A program made the translations under genes and the position numbers. From the NCBI GenBank assembly GCA_964571255.1, contig CAZNAA010000002.1, positions 28,746 through 92,745 on the forward strand: a DNA stretch of 64,000 nucleotides, read 5' to 3'. Shown piece after piece: positions 56,367 to 64,000 of this stretch. The notes beneath the pieces are model-generated. The model did not search any database, was not told the DNA's origin, and saw nothing but the letters and a program-made list of their open reading frames with translations. This DNA comes from an uncultured Gammaproteobacteria bacterium. Lineage in GTDB: Bacteria > Patescibacteriota > Microgenomatia > Levybacterales > UBA12049. Numbering within the stretch: the first letter of the stretch is position 1; each line of letters begins with the position of its first letter.

Positions 56367-57050
56367 ATGAGAAAATGGATTATTCTAGCACTTCTTTTTG
56401 TTTTAGCTGCACTCATTCCCTCTTTCGCTTTTGCTGATACCGCCTGTCAACCTAGATACGGGGGAGGCGTAACGTGTGATAAGAATACAACAGTTGTGGA
56501 TAAAAAGGTAAAAAATCCCCAAACCAACCTCTATGTAAATACCCTTGATACCAAAGGCCCACTCTTTACACCTACTGACACGGTCATGTTTCGAATAAGT
56601 GTTACCAATATCGGAACGACTGCTCTAACCAATATCCCCTTGGTAGATAACTTTCCTAAGTATCTAACTCACGTAAAGGGCGGAACATGGGATGCTAGTA
56701 AGCGACAAGTGAAGTTTATGATCACCAGACTCGCAGCCAATGAAACTAAGACGTTTGAAATAGAAGCACTTTTATCAGATAAAGAAACTATTTCAGAAAC
56801 AGCCAGTCTGTTTTGTCTCTCCAATACTGCCTCCACGACTCTTTTGGAACAAACCTTTCAAGACAGTGCTCAGTTTTGTATAGAAAAAGAAGGAGAGGAA
56901 ACAATTCCTTCTCAATCTAAAGGTGGACTTCCCGTCTTTACTCCTCAAAAGGGAACTCCTTCTCACACTCCAAAAACCGGAGCAGAAGTAACACTGCTTC
57001 TTCCCATTCTTGGAGGACTAGGGTATTTTCTGAAAAGAAGAACTAACTAA
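56367..57050 (+). CDS. DUF11-like secreted protein with TPKTG sortase-type sorting signal
   Basis: Signal peptide; F.I.V.N.G...L.N..L.D.FP; TPKTG, hydrophobic stretch, KRR. Confidence 0.75.
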   Translation: MRKWIILALLFVLAALIPSFAFADTACQPRYGGGVTCDKNTTVVDKKVKNPQTNLYVNTLDTKGPLFTPTDTVMFRISVTNIGTTALTNIPLVDNFPKYLTHVKGGTWDASKRQVKFMITRLAANETKTFEIEALLSDKETISETASLFCLSNTASTTLLEQTFQDSAQFCIEKEGEETIPSQSKGGLPVFTPQKGTPSHTPKTGAEVTLLLPILGGLGYFLKRRTN

Positions 57051-59199
57051 CCTTTTTTCCAAATCGCTCACGAGAAACTCTCATGACTTTTTCCTTATTT
57101 TGAGATCTGGAATTAGGAAGTGGCAAAGTGTAGCAGAAGAACGGACTACTCGTTGTTCCATCAATACAAAGTTTTAACATTGCTTGATAGTTTCCTAGAG
57201 CCAAGATATCCTCTTCTTTAAATCTCTCCTTAAACTCTTTGGCCAAATACGTGGCATCATTTGCTCCAACCAGAAAAGTCATCAGAGTCCCTGCATTTCC
57301 AAAAATAGCTGATCTGATATCCTCTTGGACTTGATCAATGTATTGATTTGCTAAAATCAAGCTTAAACGAAACTTTCGAGCTTCAGAGAGAATTTTGATA
57401 AAAGAGGTTGTGGCAAAGTTTTGGAACTCATCAACGTACAAGTAAAAGTCCCGTCTCTCCTCCTCCGGAATAGAAACTCGATTCATTGCGGCCAGTTGAA
57501 TTTTGGTAATAATCATAGCACCAAGTAGTGCTGCATTATCTTCTCCCAAATGACCTTGGGACAAGTTTAAAATAAGAATTTTTCCTTCATTCATGATTTT
57601 TTCTAAATCAATGGTCGATTTGGGATGTCCTATGATATTTCTAATTGTTTTACTTGAGGTAAATTGGCCTACTTTATTAAGAATAGGCGCAACAGCCTCA
57701 GTCATCATCTTTGGATCCATGGCATTAAACTCTTTTTCCCAAAAGTTAATAAGCACTGGATCTGTTAAGTTATCAATCACTTTTTTTCGAAAAGCTGCAT
57801 TGGTCAAAACGTCAGGAACCATAAGAAGAGTTGCATCAGGCATTTCAATAATCGAAACAATCGTGTTTCTTAAAATATACTCAAGCCGAGGCCCCCAGCT
57901 TGTTCCATAGAGTTTTTTGAAAATAGCTACAATTCCTGAAGCAACGAGTTCTTTTTGCGCATCATTCGTTACTTCAAGTGGATTAATCGCAAATTGATAC
58001 TCCGTATCGGCTGGATTCATATAGGCAATATCATTCACCCTATATGAAGGGACAAATTCTAAAATATGCTCACATAAGTCACCGTGTGGATCAATGACAC
58101 AAAACCCACGTCTTTTTCTCAAATCATCAATCGCCATATTGGCAATAAAAGTTGATTTACCCGTACCTGACTTTCCAATGACATACAAGTGACGCCTTCT
58201 ATCCACTTTCTTAATGCCAAAGTTTGTTAACTTATTCTTATATTCAGTCTTTGCAAAAAAGTTAATGTCTTGTAACTCCTCTTCTGTTTTTCCTTCAGAA
58301 ACTGGAAGTGTTTCTGGTGCATCGGAAAGAATTACTCTATGCCAGGCCAAGTTATGAATAGTAGATAGTTTGATATTGGGAAAATGGAAGATACTCGCTA
58401 TTTCCCAGACGTTTAAGATTTGTCCTAAGGGAATAAACTTTCTAGAGCGAGTCACAATAGATTGAATAAGTTGGTCTTTTTGCCAAAATAGAGGTTTTTT
58501 TGTTATCAAGCTATTTGCTGAAGGATGAGCAAAGGTGGCAAAACTTTGCGTGATTTCTGAGAGGTATTTTGAGCCTCTATGACTATCATCACTACTCACG
58601 AGAACTCTAATCCCTGTATTAAACCCAACAACAGATACCTTTTCGGTAATGAGAGCTGCGTAAGGGTTAGGAGAAGTTGTGCCATCACTACTCGTTACCT
58701 TTCCATTAGCAACACCTCTCCCCTTTGACTGCCAGGATGAAGAAACAGGCACCAAAAGATACTGCACCACTGCACTATCCCCCGGCTGACACTTTGAGAG
58801 AATACTCAATACACTGGAGAGTGGATCAACATCTTTGAATTCCCTGACTGTTTTTAATGGATAAATAGAAGGATGAGACAACGTCAAACTCGAAGCAAGC
58901 TTATGAGAAGCTTGTAACATTTCCGGCATATAGTCCTTAACTGCTGAAATGAGTGCTTTGGGGTATTGAGAAAGAAGCTGACTCTCAACAAAAATACGAG
59001 AGGATTCAGGAATGGTGAGATAGAAATGAACGATCTGGTCAATTACGGCAATTTCTAAAGTAATAGGAATTCCCTTTTTCCAAAAATACCTTACTCGAGT
59101 TTTAAGCGTTGTTAAGGTGGTTAAAAACTGCACCATAGCCTCAACTGTTTCTTCTCCAGTCCGGCTTGTTTTGATTTCTAGAACAACTTTCTCACTCAT
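57043..59199 (-). CDS. VirD4/TraD-like coupling ATPase (HerA/FtsK superfamily)
   Basis: HLYVIGKSGTGKS (Walker A), VIDPHGD, LYVDEFQNF (Walker B), LSEARKF.L.L..ANQ. Confidence 0.85.
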   Translation of the reverse strand: MSEKVVLEIKTSRTGEETVEAMVQFLTTLTTLKTRVRYFWKKGIPITLEIAVIDQIVHFYLTIPESSRIFVESQLLSQYPKALISAVKDYMPEMLQASHKLASSLTLSHPSIYPLKTVREFKDVDPLSSVLSILSKCQPGDSAVVQYLLVPVSSSWQSKGRGVANGKVTSSDGTTSPNPYAALITEKVSVVGFNTGIRVLVSSDDSHRGSKYLSEITQSFATFAHPSANSLITKKPLFWQKDQLIQSIVTRSRKFIPLGQILNVWEIASIFHFPNIKLSTIHNLAWHRVILSDAPETLPVSEGKTEEELQDINFFAKTEYKNKLTNFGIKKVDRRRHLYVIGKSGTGKSTFIANMAIDDLRKRRGFCVIDPHGDLCEHILEFVPSYRVNDIAYMNPADTEYQFAINPLEVTNDAQKELVASGIVAIFKKLYGTSWGPRLEYILRNTIVSIIEMPDATLLMVPDVLTNAAFRKKVIDNLTDPVLINFWEKEFNAMDPKMMTEAVAPILNKVGQFTSSKTIRNIIGHPKSTIDLEKIMNEGKILILNLSQGHLGEDNAALLGAMIITKIQLAAMNRVSIPEEERRDFYLYVDEFQNFATTSFIKILSEARKFRLSLILANQYIDQVQEDIRSAIFGNAGTLMTFLVGANDATYLAKEFKERFKEEDILALGNYQAMLKLCIDGTTSSPFFCYTLPLPNSRSQNKEKVMRVSRERFGKKVS

Positions 59200-59236
59200 A
59201 TCATTATTTTACCTCTTTTTTCTCTCCCACACAAAC

Positions 59237-59453
59237 TTGCACATTCACAAATAGTAGCCTATAATACAACTAGCTTTTCTCCCATTGTATGCAATGGAGG
59301 AGAAAAAGCACTCTTTTAGCACCTTAACAAGGTATCCACAACATCATCCAGCCTCACATTCTGTACCCTATTCCTTTTAGTATATAGAATGTGTGGCGCA
59401 TGGATGATGCCACAAAGTAACGATTTTACCAATACGCACAGAAGGAGTATCCC
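59237..59453 (+). promoter_or_regulatory. Cassette D head: promoter, hairpin, boxA-like site, structured leader, SD
   Basis: TTGCAC 59237-59242, 17 bp, TATAAT 59260-59265; hairpin gcttttctcccattg/caatggaggagaaaaagc; GCACCTTAACAA 59319-59330; stem catcatcca/tggatgatg; AGAAGGAG. Confidence 0.65.
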
Positions 59454-60506
59454 ATGTCAAAACGGCGACGGATCACAATCGGCCTCATTGGGTTGTTAGT
59501 TTTTAGCCTGCTCTTCCCTCTTAGGGTTGGAGCAGATGACATCCCTCCACGAGAGCTAGCACCCACTATGCATAAAACGCGGTGCGTGCCAAATCAAACA
59601 GTTGGAGATGGAATTCCTACCATTCTTGACGGAGGGGATGGGCACTACGTAGTCCACCCTGAGCTGGCCCCCATCCTGAAACGCGAAGGGGGATTTTGCG
59701 AGATCAAGGCTCTAACCAGCGAATACTCGGAGATCCGCATCACCAGTGCCTCTCCCATCATGGCCATGACTGAGAAAGTACGCCATGAGAAAGTGAAAGA
59801 TATCACTCTGACCGGTAGGACAATAGCGATCTGGATTGACAAGGGCGCAGATGCGTCCAAGATCCTGATCACCGTTCAGTCTGTATTCCTGGACCTGGAT
59901 CCACGAATCGGGGGCGAAAAGTATAATACCCCCGGCTCAACCTACTTCCCGCAAACTGGCCAGAGGATTTCAGAAAAGTTCCTCAAGGCCTGGGAAACTA
60001 ACGGGGGGCTTACCCAGTTCGGCTTCCCTACCTCTCCGGAGGGATTGGAGAGGCTCGAAGACGGCAAGCTCTACAAAATACAGTACTTCGAGCGCGCCCG
60101 ATTCGAGCACCATCCCGAAAACGCGGGGACACGATACGAAGTGATGCTCGGTCAATTCGGCCGACGAATTCATGGGAAGATAGATCCTAACGCCGAGCGG
60201 GCGAAGGATCATACCTGCAGCTATTTCCAGCTTACGTTGGATATAGGCCACAATCTCTGTGGCTCCTTCAACGAGTACTGGGTAACCCATGGCGGGCTTG
60301 CCCAATTCGGGTTCCCGATCACCGAGGAATTCGAAGAAACGCTGGAGGATGGTAAAACCTATCGGGTTCAGTACTTCGAGCGCGCCCGATTCGAGCACCA
60401 TCCAGAGAACCCAGCTCCCTATAACATTCTCCTCGGCCAATTCGGCCGAAGGATTCTAGCTGACTTAGCAAACCAACGCCTAACAAGCGCTGGTAACAAT
60501 AAGTAG
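59454..60506 (+). CDS. Secreted protein with two YFPxTG...GGL..FG.P...YFERARFE.HPEN repeats
   Basis: Signal peptide; duplicated domain with an exact 35-bp DNA repeat at 60081-60115 and 60369-60403; GC-rich. Confidence 0.8.
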   Translation: MSKRRRITIGLIGLLVFSLLFPLRVGADDIPPRELAPTMHKTRCVPNQTVGDGIPTILDGGDGHYVVHPELAPILKREGGFCEIKALTSEYSEIRITSASPIMAMTEKVRHEKVKDITLTGRTIAIWIDKGADASKILITVQSVFLDLDPRIGGEKYNTPGSTYFPQTGQRISEKFLKAWETNGGLTQFGFPTSPEGLERLEDGKLYKIQYFERARFEHHPENAGTRYEVMLGQFGRRIHGKIDPNAERAKDHTCSYFQLTLDIGHNLCGSFNEYWVTHGGLAQFGFPITEEFEETLEDGKTYRVQYFERARFEHHPENPAPYNILLGQFGRRILADLANQRLTSAGNNK

Positions 60507-60555
60507 ATTCACTCTGCGCAGTATTGGGATCAGCTCAAAAGAATGGAGCTGGACC

Positions 60556-60636
60556 GGAGAGGAAAACCTCTCCTGCGCATCCCTTTGTGGGAAAAGATCA
60601 ATCAATTCTTCTTCTTCTCAAAGTAGCAATAGCGCT
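60556..60636 (+). terminator. Cassette D tail: GC hairpin and C[AATAGC]G stem-loop
   Basis: ggagagg-aaaa-cctctcc 60556-60573; agc-aatagc-gct 60625-60636. Confidence 0.45.
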
Positions 60637-60705
60637 TATCTGAGAAAATGCAGACAGGATTGACCTTTAGGATACCTTGTAAACATCCGTTTTCTTCCTC
60701 AGAAC

Positions 60706-60935
60706 TTGACAATCCCAACAAAAATAGTACAATACTATAAGTCTTGATGTTTTTATGCTCTTTTGGGCGTAAAATCTATTAGACACGCACATTTACAATA
60801 TACAGGGTCTAATAAAACCCACGTACTGGAGATAAGCTTCTTAGTATCATAAGAGTCTTTTCTCCGGTATGTGGACAGCTGATTGACAGCTTTTCCACTC
60901 TGGATACTGAGGCCACAAGCCTCAAGGAGCCATCA
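60706..60935 (+). promoter_or_regulatory. Cassette E head: promoter, hairpin, boxA-like site, structured leader, SD
   Basis: TTGACA 60706-60711, 16 bp, TACAAT 60728-60733; hairpin ttttatgctc-tttt-gggcgtaaaa; GCACATTTACAA 60787-60798; stem ccacgtactggaga/tctccggtatgtgg; AAGGAG. Confidence 0.65.
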
Positions 60936-61079
60936 GTGGCACGAAAACCCAAGACACCGGTCCCAGTAATACGACGGGAGACCTTTCCAGTATGGAAGGA
61001 AAACTTAGTAAAAATAGGAGTAATAATCCTACTTCTCTCAATTCCAACCCTAATCTTCCTCTCCTACTTGGCAAGGTAG
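60936..61079 (+). CDS. Small single-TM protein (47 aa, MARKPKTPVPVIRRETFPVWKENLVKIGVIILLLSIPTLIFLSYLAR)
   Basis: AAGGAG 6 nt before GTG; basic N-terminus then TM; translated by hand. Confidence 0.6.
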   Translation: MARKPKTPVPVIRRETFPVWKENLVKIGVIILLLSIPTLIFLSYLAR

Positions 61080-61205
61080 AACTTCCTCTTCCCCTTCGGG
61101 GACCTGGTCCAGGTGCACAACGAAGTGCAGCTGGGAGGGTTCAAATCCCTCAAGAGGAACCGCTGCAAAGCGCATGTGCGCATGGCAGAAAACTGGGAGG
61201 GACAA

Positions 61206-61343
61206 ATGACGCCATACGGTCGGTTCGAGGAGCTGATAAAACGTCTTTTTGGGCCACTCTTGGCCCGAATGAACCACGCAACAGAGTGGTTCGTCAACCA
61301 CTTTGGCTTCTTCAGCGAAAGGAGGGATGTCGACAATGAGTAG
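61206..61343 (+). CDS. Small orphan protein (45 aa, MTPYGRFEELIKRLFG...)
   Basis: GGGAGG SD before ATG 61206, in frame with track ORF 61113..61343. Confidence 0.45.
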   Translation: MTPYGRFEELIKRLFGPLLARMNHATEWFVNHFGFFSERRDVDNE

Positions 61344-61431
61344 GATGCCAGGAGGGTGTGTTGTCCTCCTTATTAGTGCCTTACTCCTTCTAGGAGCGAT
61401 CCTGGAGGGAGTGGGAATCATTGTCCCGTGA
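61336..61431 (+). CDS. Small hydrophobic peptide (31 aa, MSRMPGGCVVLLISALLLLGAILEGVGIIVP)
   Basis: AAGGAGG upstream; overlaps the previous ORF stop; single TM. Confidence 0.45.
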   Translation: MSRMPGGCVVLLISALLLLGAILEGVGIIVP

Positions 61432-61504
61432 GAAACAGATCGGGTGAGCTCCGGTAAAGCAAGCTCAATCAGCCTTTAGAGGAAAGAAATGAACAAAAAA
61501 AAAC

Positions 61505-61522
61505 GGTATCAATTGCGATACC
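61505..61522 (+). terminator. Cassette E tail: C[AATTGC]G stem-loop
   Basis: ggtatc-aattgc-gatacc preceded by an A-rich tract. Confidence 0.5.
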
Positions 61523-61686
61523 TTAGAGTTTTCCGTTTTCTTCTCTTCCTGGCACACATTTGTGCCCCCTGTATATTCAACCAACAACAATACAATAAAG
61601 ATTCACCTCTAAATGGCTCATAGTCCTTATTTCCCTAACTCCTTGACATATCCTATAATCTTTTGCTATACTCTGTTTGAGGTTAT

Positions 61687-62373
61687 ATGACAACTACATT
61701 TCTCTCTGCATCTACTCTCGTAATTGGAGCTTTCCTGCTCTCTTCTTCTGTGGTTTCAGCAGCAGGATCTGTTTATGGTGGAGGCTATGGATACGGAAAT
61801 AATCCTCAACAAACAGGTAAAAAAATCTCCATTGATAAAAAAGTAAAAAATCCAACGAACGAAAAGTATGTTGACCATTTGAGTGTCAACGATCCAAAAC
61901 ACAGTGCAGATCAAGAAATTTTCTTCCAGATTACCGTCAAAAACACTGGAGGAGTTGAGTTAAAAGATGTGATTGTGAAAGATGTTGTACCTCAATACCT
62001 CACTATTACGAGTGAAGCAACGTATGATAAGAATACGAAAACATACTTCTTCAAAATCCCCTCTTTAGGAATAAATGAAACCAAAGTACTTGATATTAAA
62101 GGAAAAATTGCTAGTGCGAATCAACTCCCCGTTGATGATGGAATCTTTTGTTTAATTAATCAAGCAGTTGTCACAGTTGATGACATGAAAGTCCAAGATA
62201 ACTCTCAATTCTGTGTCCAGCGCCAAGTTGTTGGAAAAACAAAAGGCGGACTTCCTGTCTTTGCTGCAGCAACTGTGAAGAAAACACCTGATACTGGAGC
62301 TGAATCTCTTGTCCTTCTTACTCTTCCTGCACTCAGTGCAGCTGGAGTATTCCTCAGACGAAAAAGTGCGTAA
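61687..62373 (+). CDS. DUF11-like secreted protein with TPDTG sortase-type sorting signal
   Basis: Paralog of 56367..57050 (DKKVKNP..Y, F.I.V.N.G, QFC, KGGLPVF, TPxTGAE); hydrophobic tail and RRK. Confidence 0.75.
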   Translation: MTTTFLSASTLVIGAFLLSSSVVSAAGSVYGGGYGYGNNPQQTGKKISIDKKVKNPTNEKYVDHLSVNDPKHSADQEIFFQITVKNTGGVELKDVIVKDVVPQYLTITSEATYDKNTKTYFFKIPSLGINETKVLDIKGKIASANQLPVDDGIFCLINQAVVTVDDMKVQDNSQFCVQRQVVGKTKGGLPVFAAATVKKTPDTGAESLVLLTLPALSAAGVFLRRKSA

Positions 62374-62376
62374 GTG

Positions 62377-63498
62377 TTACTTCTCTTTTTGTAAATAGGT
62401 ATACATCTGTTTACTGATTTCTTTCCAACTAAAATTCTTTTGAATATGCATATAGAAGTTTTTGGAGAGTCTTTCTCTCTCTTTTTTATCCTTCCCTAAG
62501 CTCACCAGAGCCTTTTCAAGCCCCACTTTGTCCTTCATTGGTAAAAGGATCCCTGTTTCTCCATTGATAATCATTTCCCTTGTTCCTCCGGTATCTGTTG
62601 CAATCACAGCAAGCTTCATGGCTCCGGCTTCAAGAATAATATTAGGAAACCCTTCATGGTGATATGAAGGGTGAACAAAGATGTCAGTGTTTTTTAAAAG
62701 GCTAATCACGTCCTCTTTGCTTTGTCCCCCTTTAATCAAGATATGGGTACGCTTTTCTTTTTGAACTCTTTCCTTTAAAGGCTCTACTAACTCTCCAGGA
62801 CCGGCAAAGACAAAATCAAATTCAGGATGCAATGTGGCAATATCAAAAAGAAACTCAACTCCTTTTGAAGGAATCATTCGCCCAATATAGGTAACAGTGA
62901 CTTTTTTCCCTTTCTTTTTCTCTTGGGGAATAAACTTACTTGTATCTACTCCTCCATACATAACAATACTATTAATACCTAAGGAATCCTTTAAAAAGGC
63001 CTGAGTTGCTTTATTGGTGGCAAAAACAGTGGTATACCACTTCATACAGAACCGAACGAGAGTAAGATCAAGAAGTTTTGAAATCGTACTCACAAACGCA
63101 CTGGCATGGACTGGGTGAAAGGCACAGTGATCTGTTAGGACAATCGGAGTTTTGGTAAGACGGGCAAAAAGAGGCATATACCAGGCTGTGTCAAAAAAAC
63201 GAGTAGAAACATGAATAAGATCATACGCATTTCTTTTCTTCCAAAGGAATAAGAAAAGTTCAATGGGATGCGGGAGGGCAAATTGTCCAGGAAGAAGAGA
63301 AAGACAAGGGATCCGATACACACTCATTCCCCGATATACTTCTCTTTGTACAGTCTTATCCGTGTTATAGCACAACACGTCAACAGAAAGCTCTGGATGA
63401 TCCATTAAAAGAGATGCATACAGATCTTCCATATACTGCTGACTCCCCCCAATGTGAGGAGCAAAAAAAGGAGTAACGATTAAAATACGCTGTTTCAT
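62377..63498 (-). CDS. Glycosyltransferase family 4
   Basis: P.F.PHIGG, GVD...F, YIGRM...KG, EGFPNIILEAGA, TDTGG..E. Confidence 0.92.
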   Translation of the reverse strand: MKQRILIVTPFFAPHIGGSQQYMEDLYASLLMDHPELSVDVLCYNTDKTVQREVYRGMSVYRIPCLSLLPGQFALPHPIELFLFLWKKRNAYDLIHVSTRFFDTAWYMPLFARLTKTPIVLTDHCAFHPVHASAFVSTISKLLDLTLVRFCMKWYTTVFATNKATQAFLKDSLGINSIVMYGGVDTSKFIPQEKKKGKKVTVTYIGRMIPSKGVEFLFDIATLHPEFDFVFAGPGELVEPLKERVQKEKRTHILIKGGQSKEDVISLLKNTDIFVHPSYHHEGFPNIILEAGAMKLAVIATDTGGTREMIINGETGILLPMKDKVGLEKALVSLGKDKKERERLSKNFYMHIQKNFSWKEISKQMYTYLQKEK

Positions 63499-64000
63499 AA
63501 TTCAAATAGTACCATTTCTGAGTTGGCATAGACTGGAATAAGTCCTGCATCTAAGTATTTTTGAATCACTAGATTGTCCTCAACACTCAACTCTCGTGGC
63601 TTCCAAATGTTAAAGTAAAAACTCTCTCGTTGCCACTGCGGAAGTCTGAGCCAAGCAAAATATCTTCCACTCAAGACCAAGTAGCGAGTCGTAAACTTCT
63701 TGTCTTGCAACTCATCCGTTACTGATAAAAGTAACTCTTTCGTATCTGCTTCATCAATTTCTGATAAATGAGAAAGTGTTTTTCTCGATGCTTCACTCAT
63801 ATAGACCCCTCCTTGAGAATCTGCATTTCCCACGGCTTCCAATACTCCTTGAGTAGCTGGATCACTAATAAGAAAGACTCCTTTTTTACTTTGTAAAAAC
63901 TTTCCTGCATCCATCTCTAGAGGAGAAACGTGTGATTCTACCCCAGAGTGATAGAGAAATTGTTTGTAGGTTACTTGATTGGCATAAAAGATACTTGTCA
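63495..64000 (-). CDS. C-terminal part of a hypothetical protein running off the window edge
   Basis: Frame of track ORF 63495..63914 stays open to position 64000 (checked by hand). Confidence 0.6.
   Translation of the reverse strand, partial: TSIFYANQVTYKQFLYHSGVESHVSPLEMDAGKFLQSKKGVFLISDPATQGVLEAVGNADSQGGVYMSEASRKTLSHLSEIDEADTKELLLSVTDELQDKKFTTRYLVLSGRYFAWLRLPQWQRESFYFNIWKPRELSVEDNLVIQKYLDAGLIPVYANSEMVLFEL

Noticed and set aside
60081-60403. DGR template/variable repeat pair
   Set aside because: Both copies are in-frame domains of one ORF, differences are not adenine-specific, and no reverse transcriptase is in the window.

Overview
AT-rich bacterial chromosome segment that looks like Patescibacteria/CPR (probably Microgenomates; inferred from gene content and protein style). 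Housekeeping and envelope genes include mreB, ndk, argS, leuS, rho, comEA, a split comEC, a sortase, glycosyltransferases and an M23/LysM peptidase. There are two tRNAs (Arg-CCT, Ala-GGC), three type II toxin-antitoxin pairs, a WxL-like surface cluster and two adjacent giant surface-protein genes (3710 and 3587 aa). Two things stand out. (1) Five unrelated GC-rich 'cassettes' (about 4931-5723, 5838-6653, 6812-7430, 59237-60636, 60706-61522) share one layout: sigma70 promoter, hairpin, rrn-type boxA-like site, structured leader, mostly small orphan ORFs with strong Shine-Dalgarno sites, a GC hairpin without U-tract, then a conserved C[RATWGC]G stem-loop with covarying stems. Most ordinary genes here appear leaderless. 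(2) The 3710-aa protein fuses two tandem XerC/D-type N-terminal (core-binding) domains, with no catalytic domain, through one transmembrane helix to a phage-tail-fibre-like adhesin with an internal peptidase G2-like chaperone domain. All family assignments are by eye from motifs; no searches were run.
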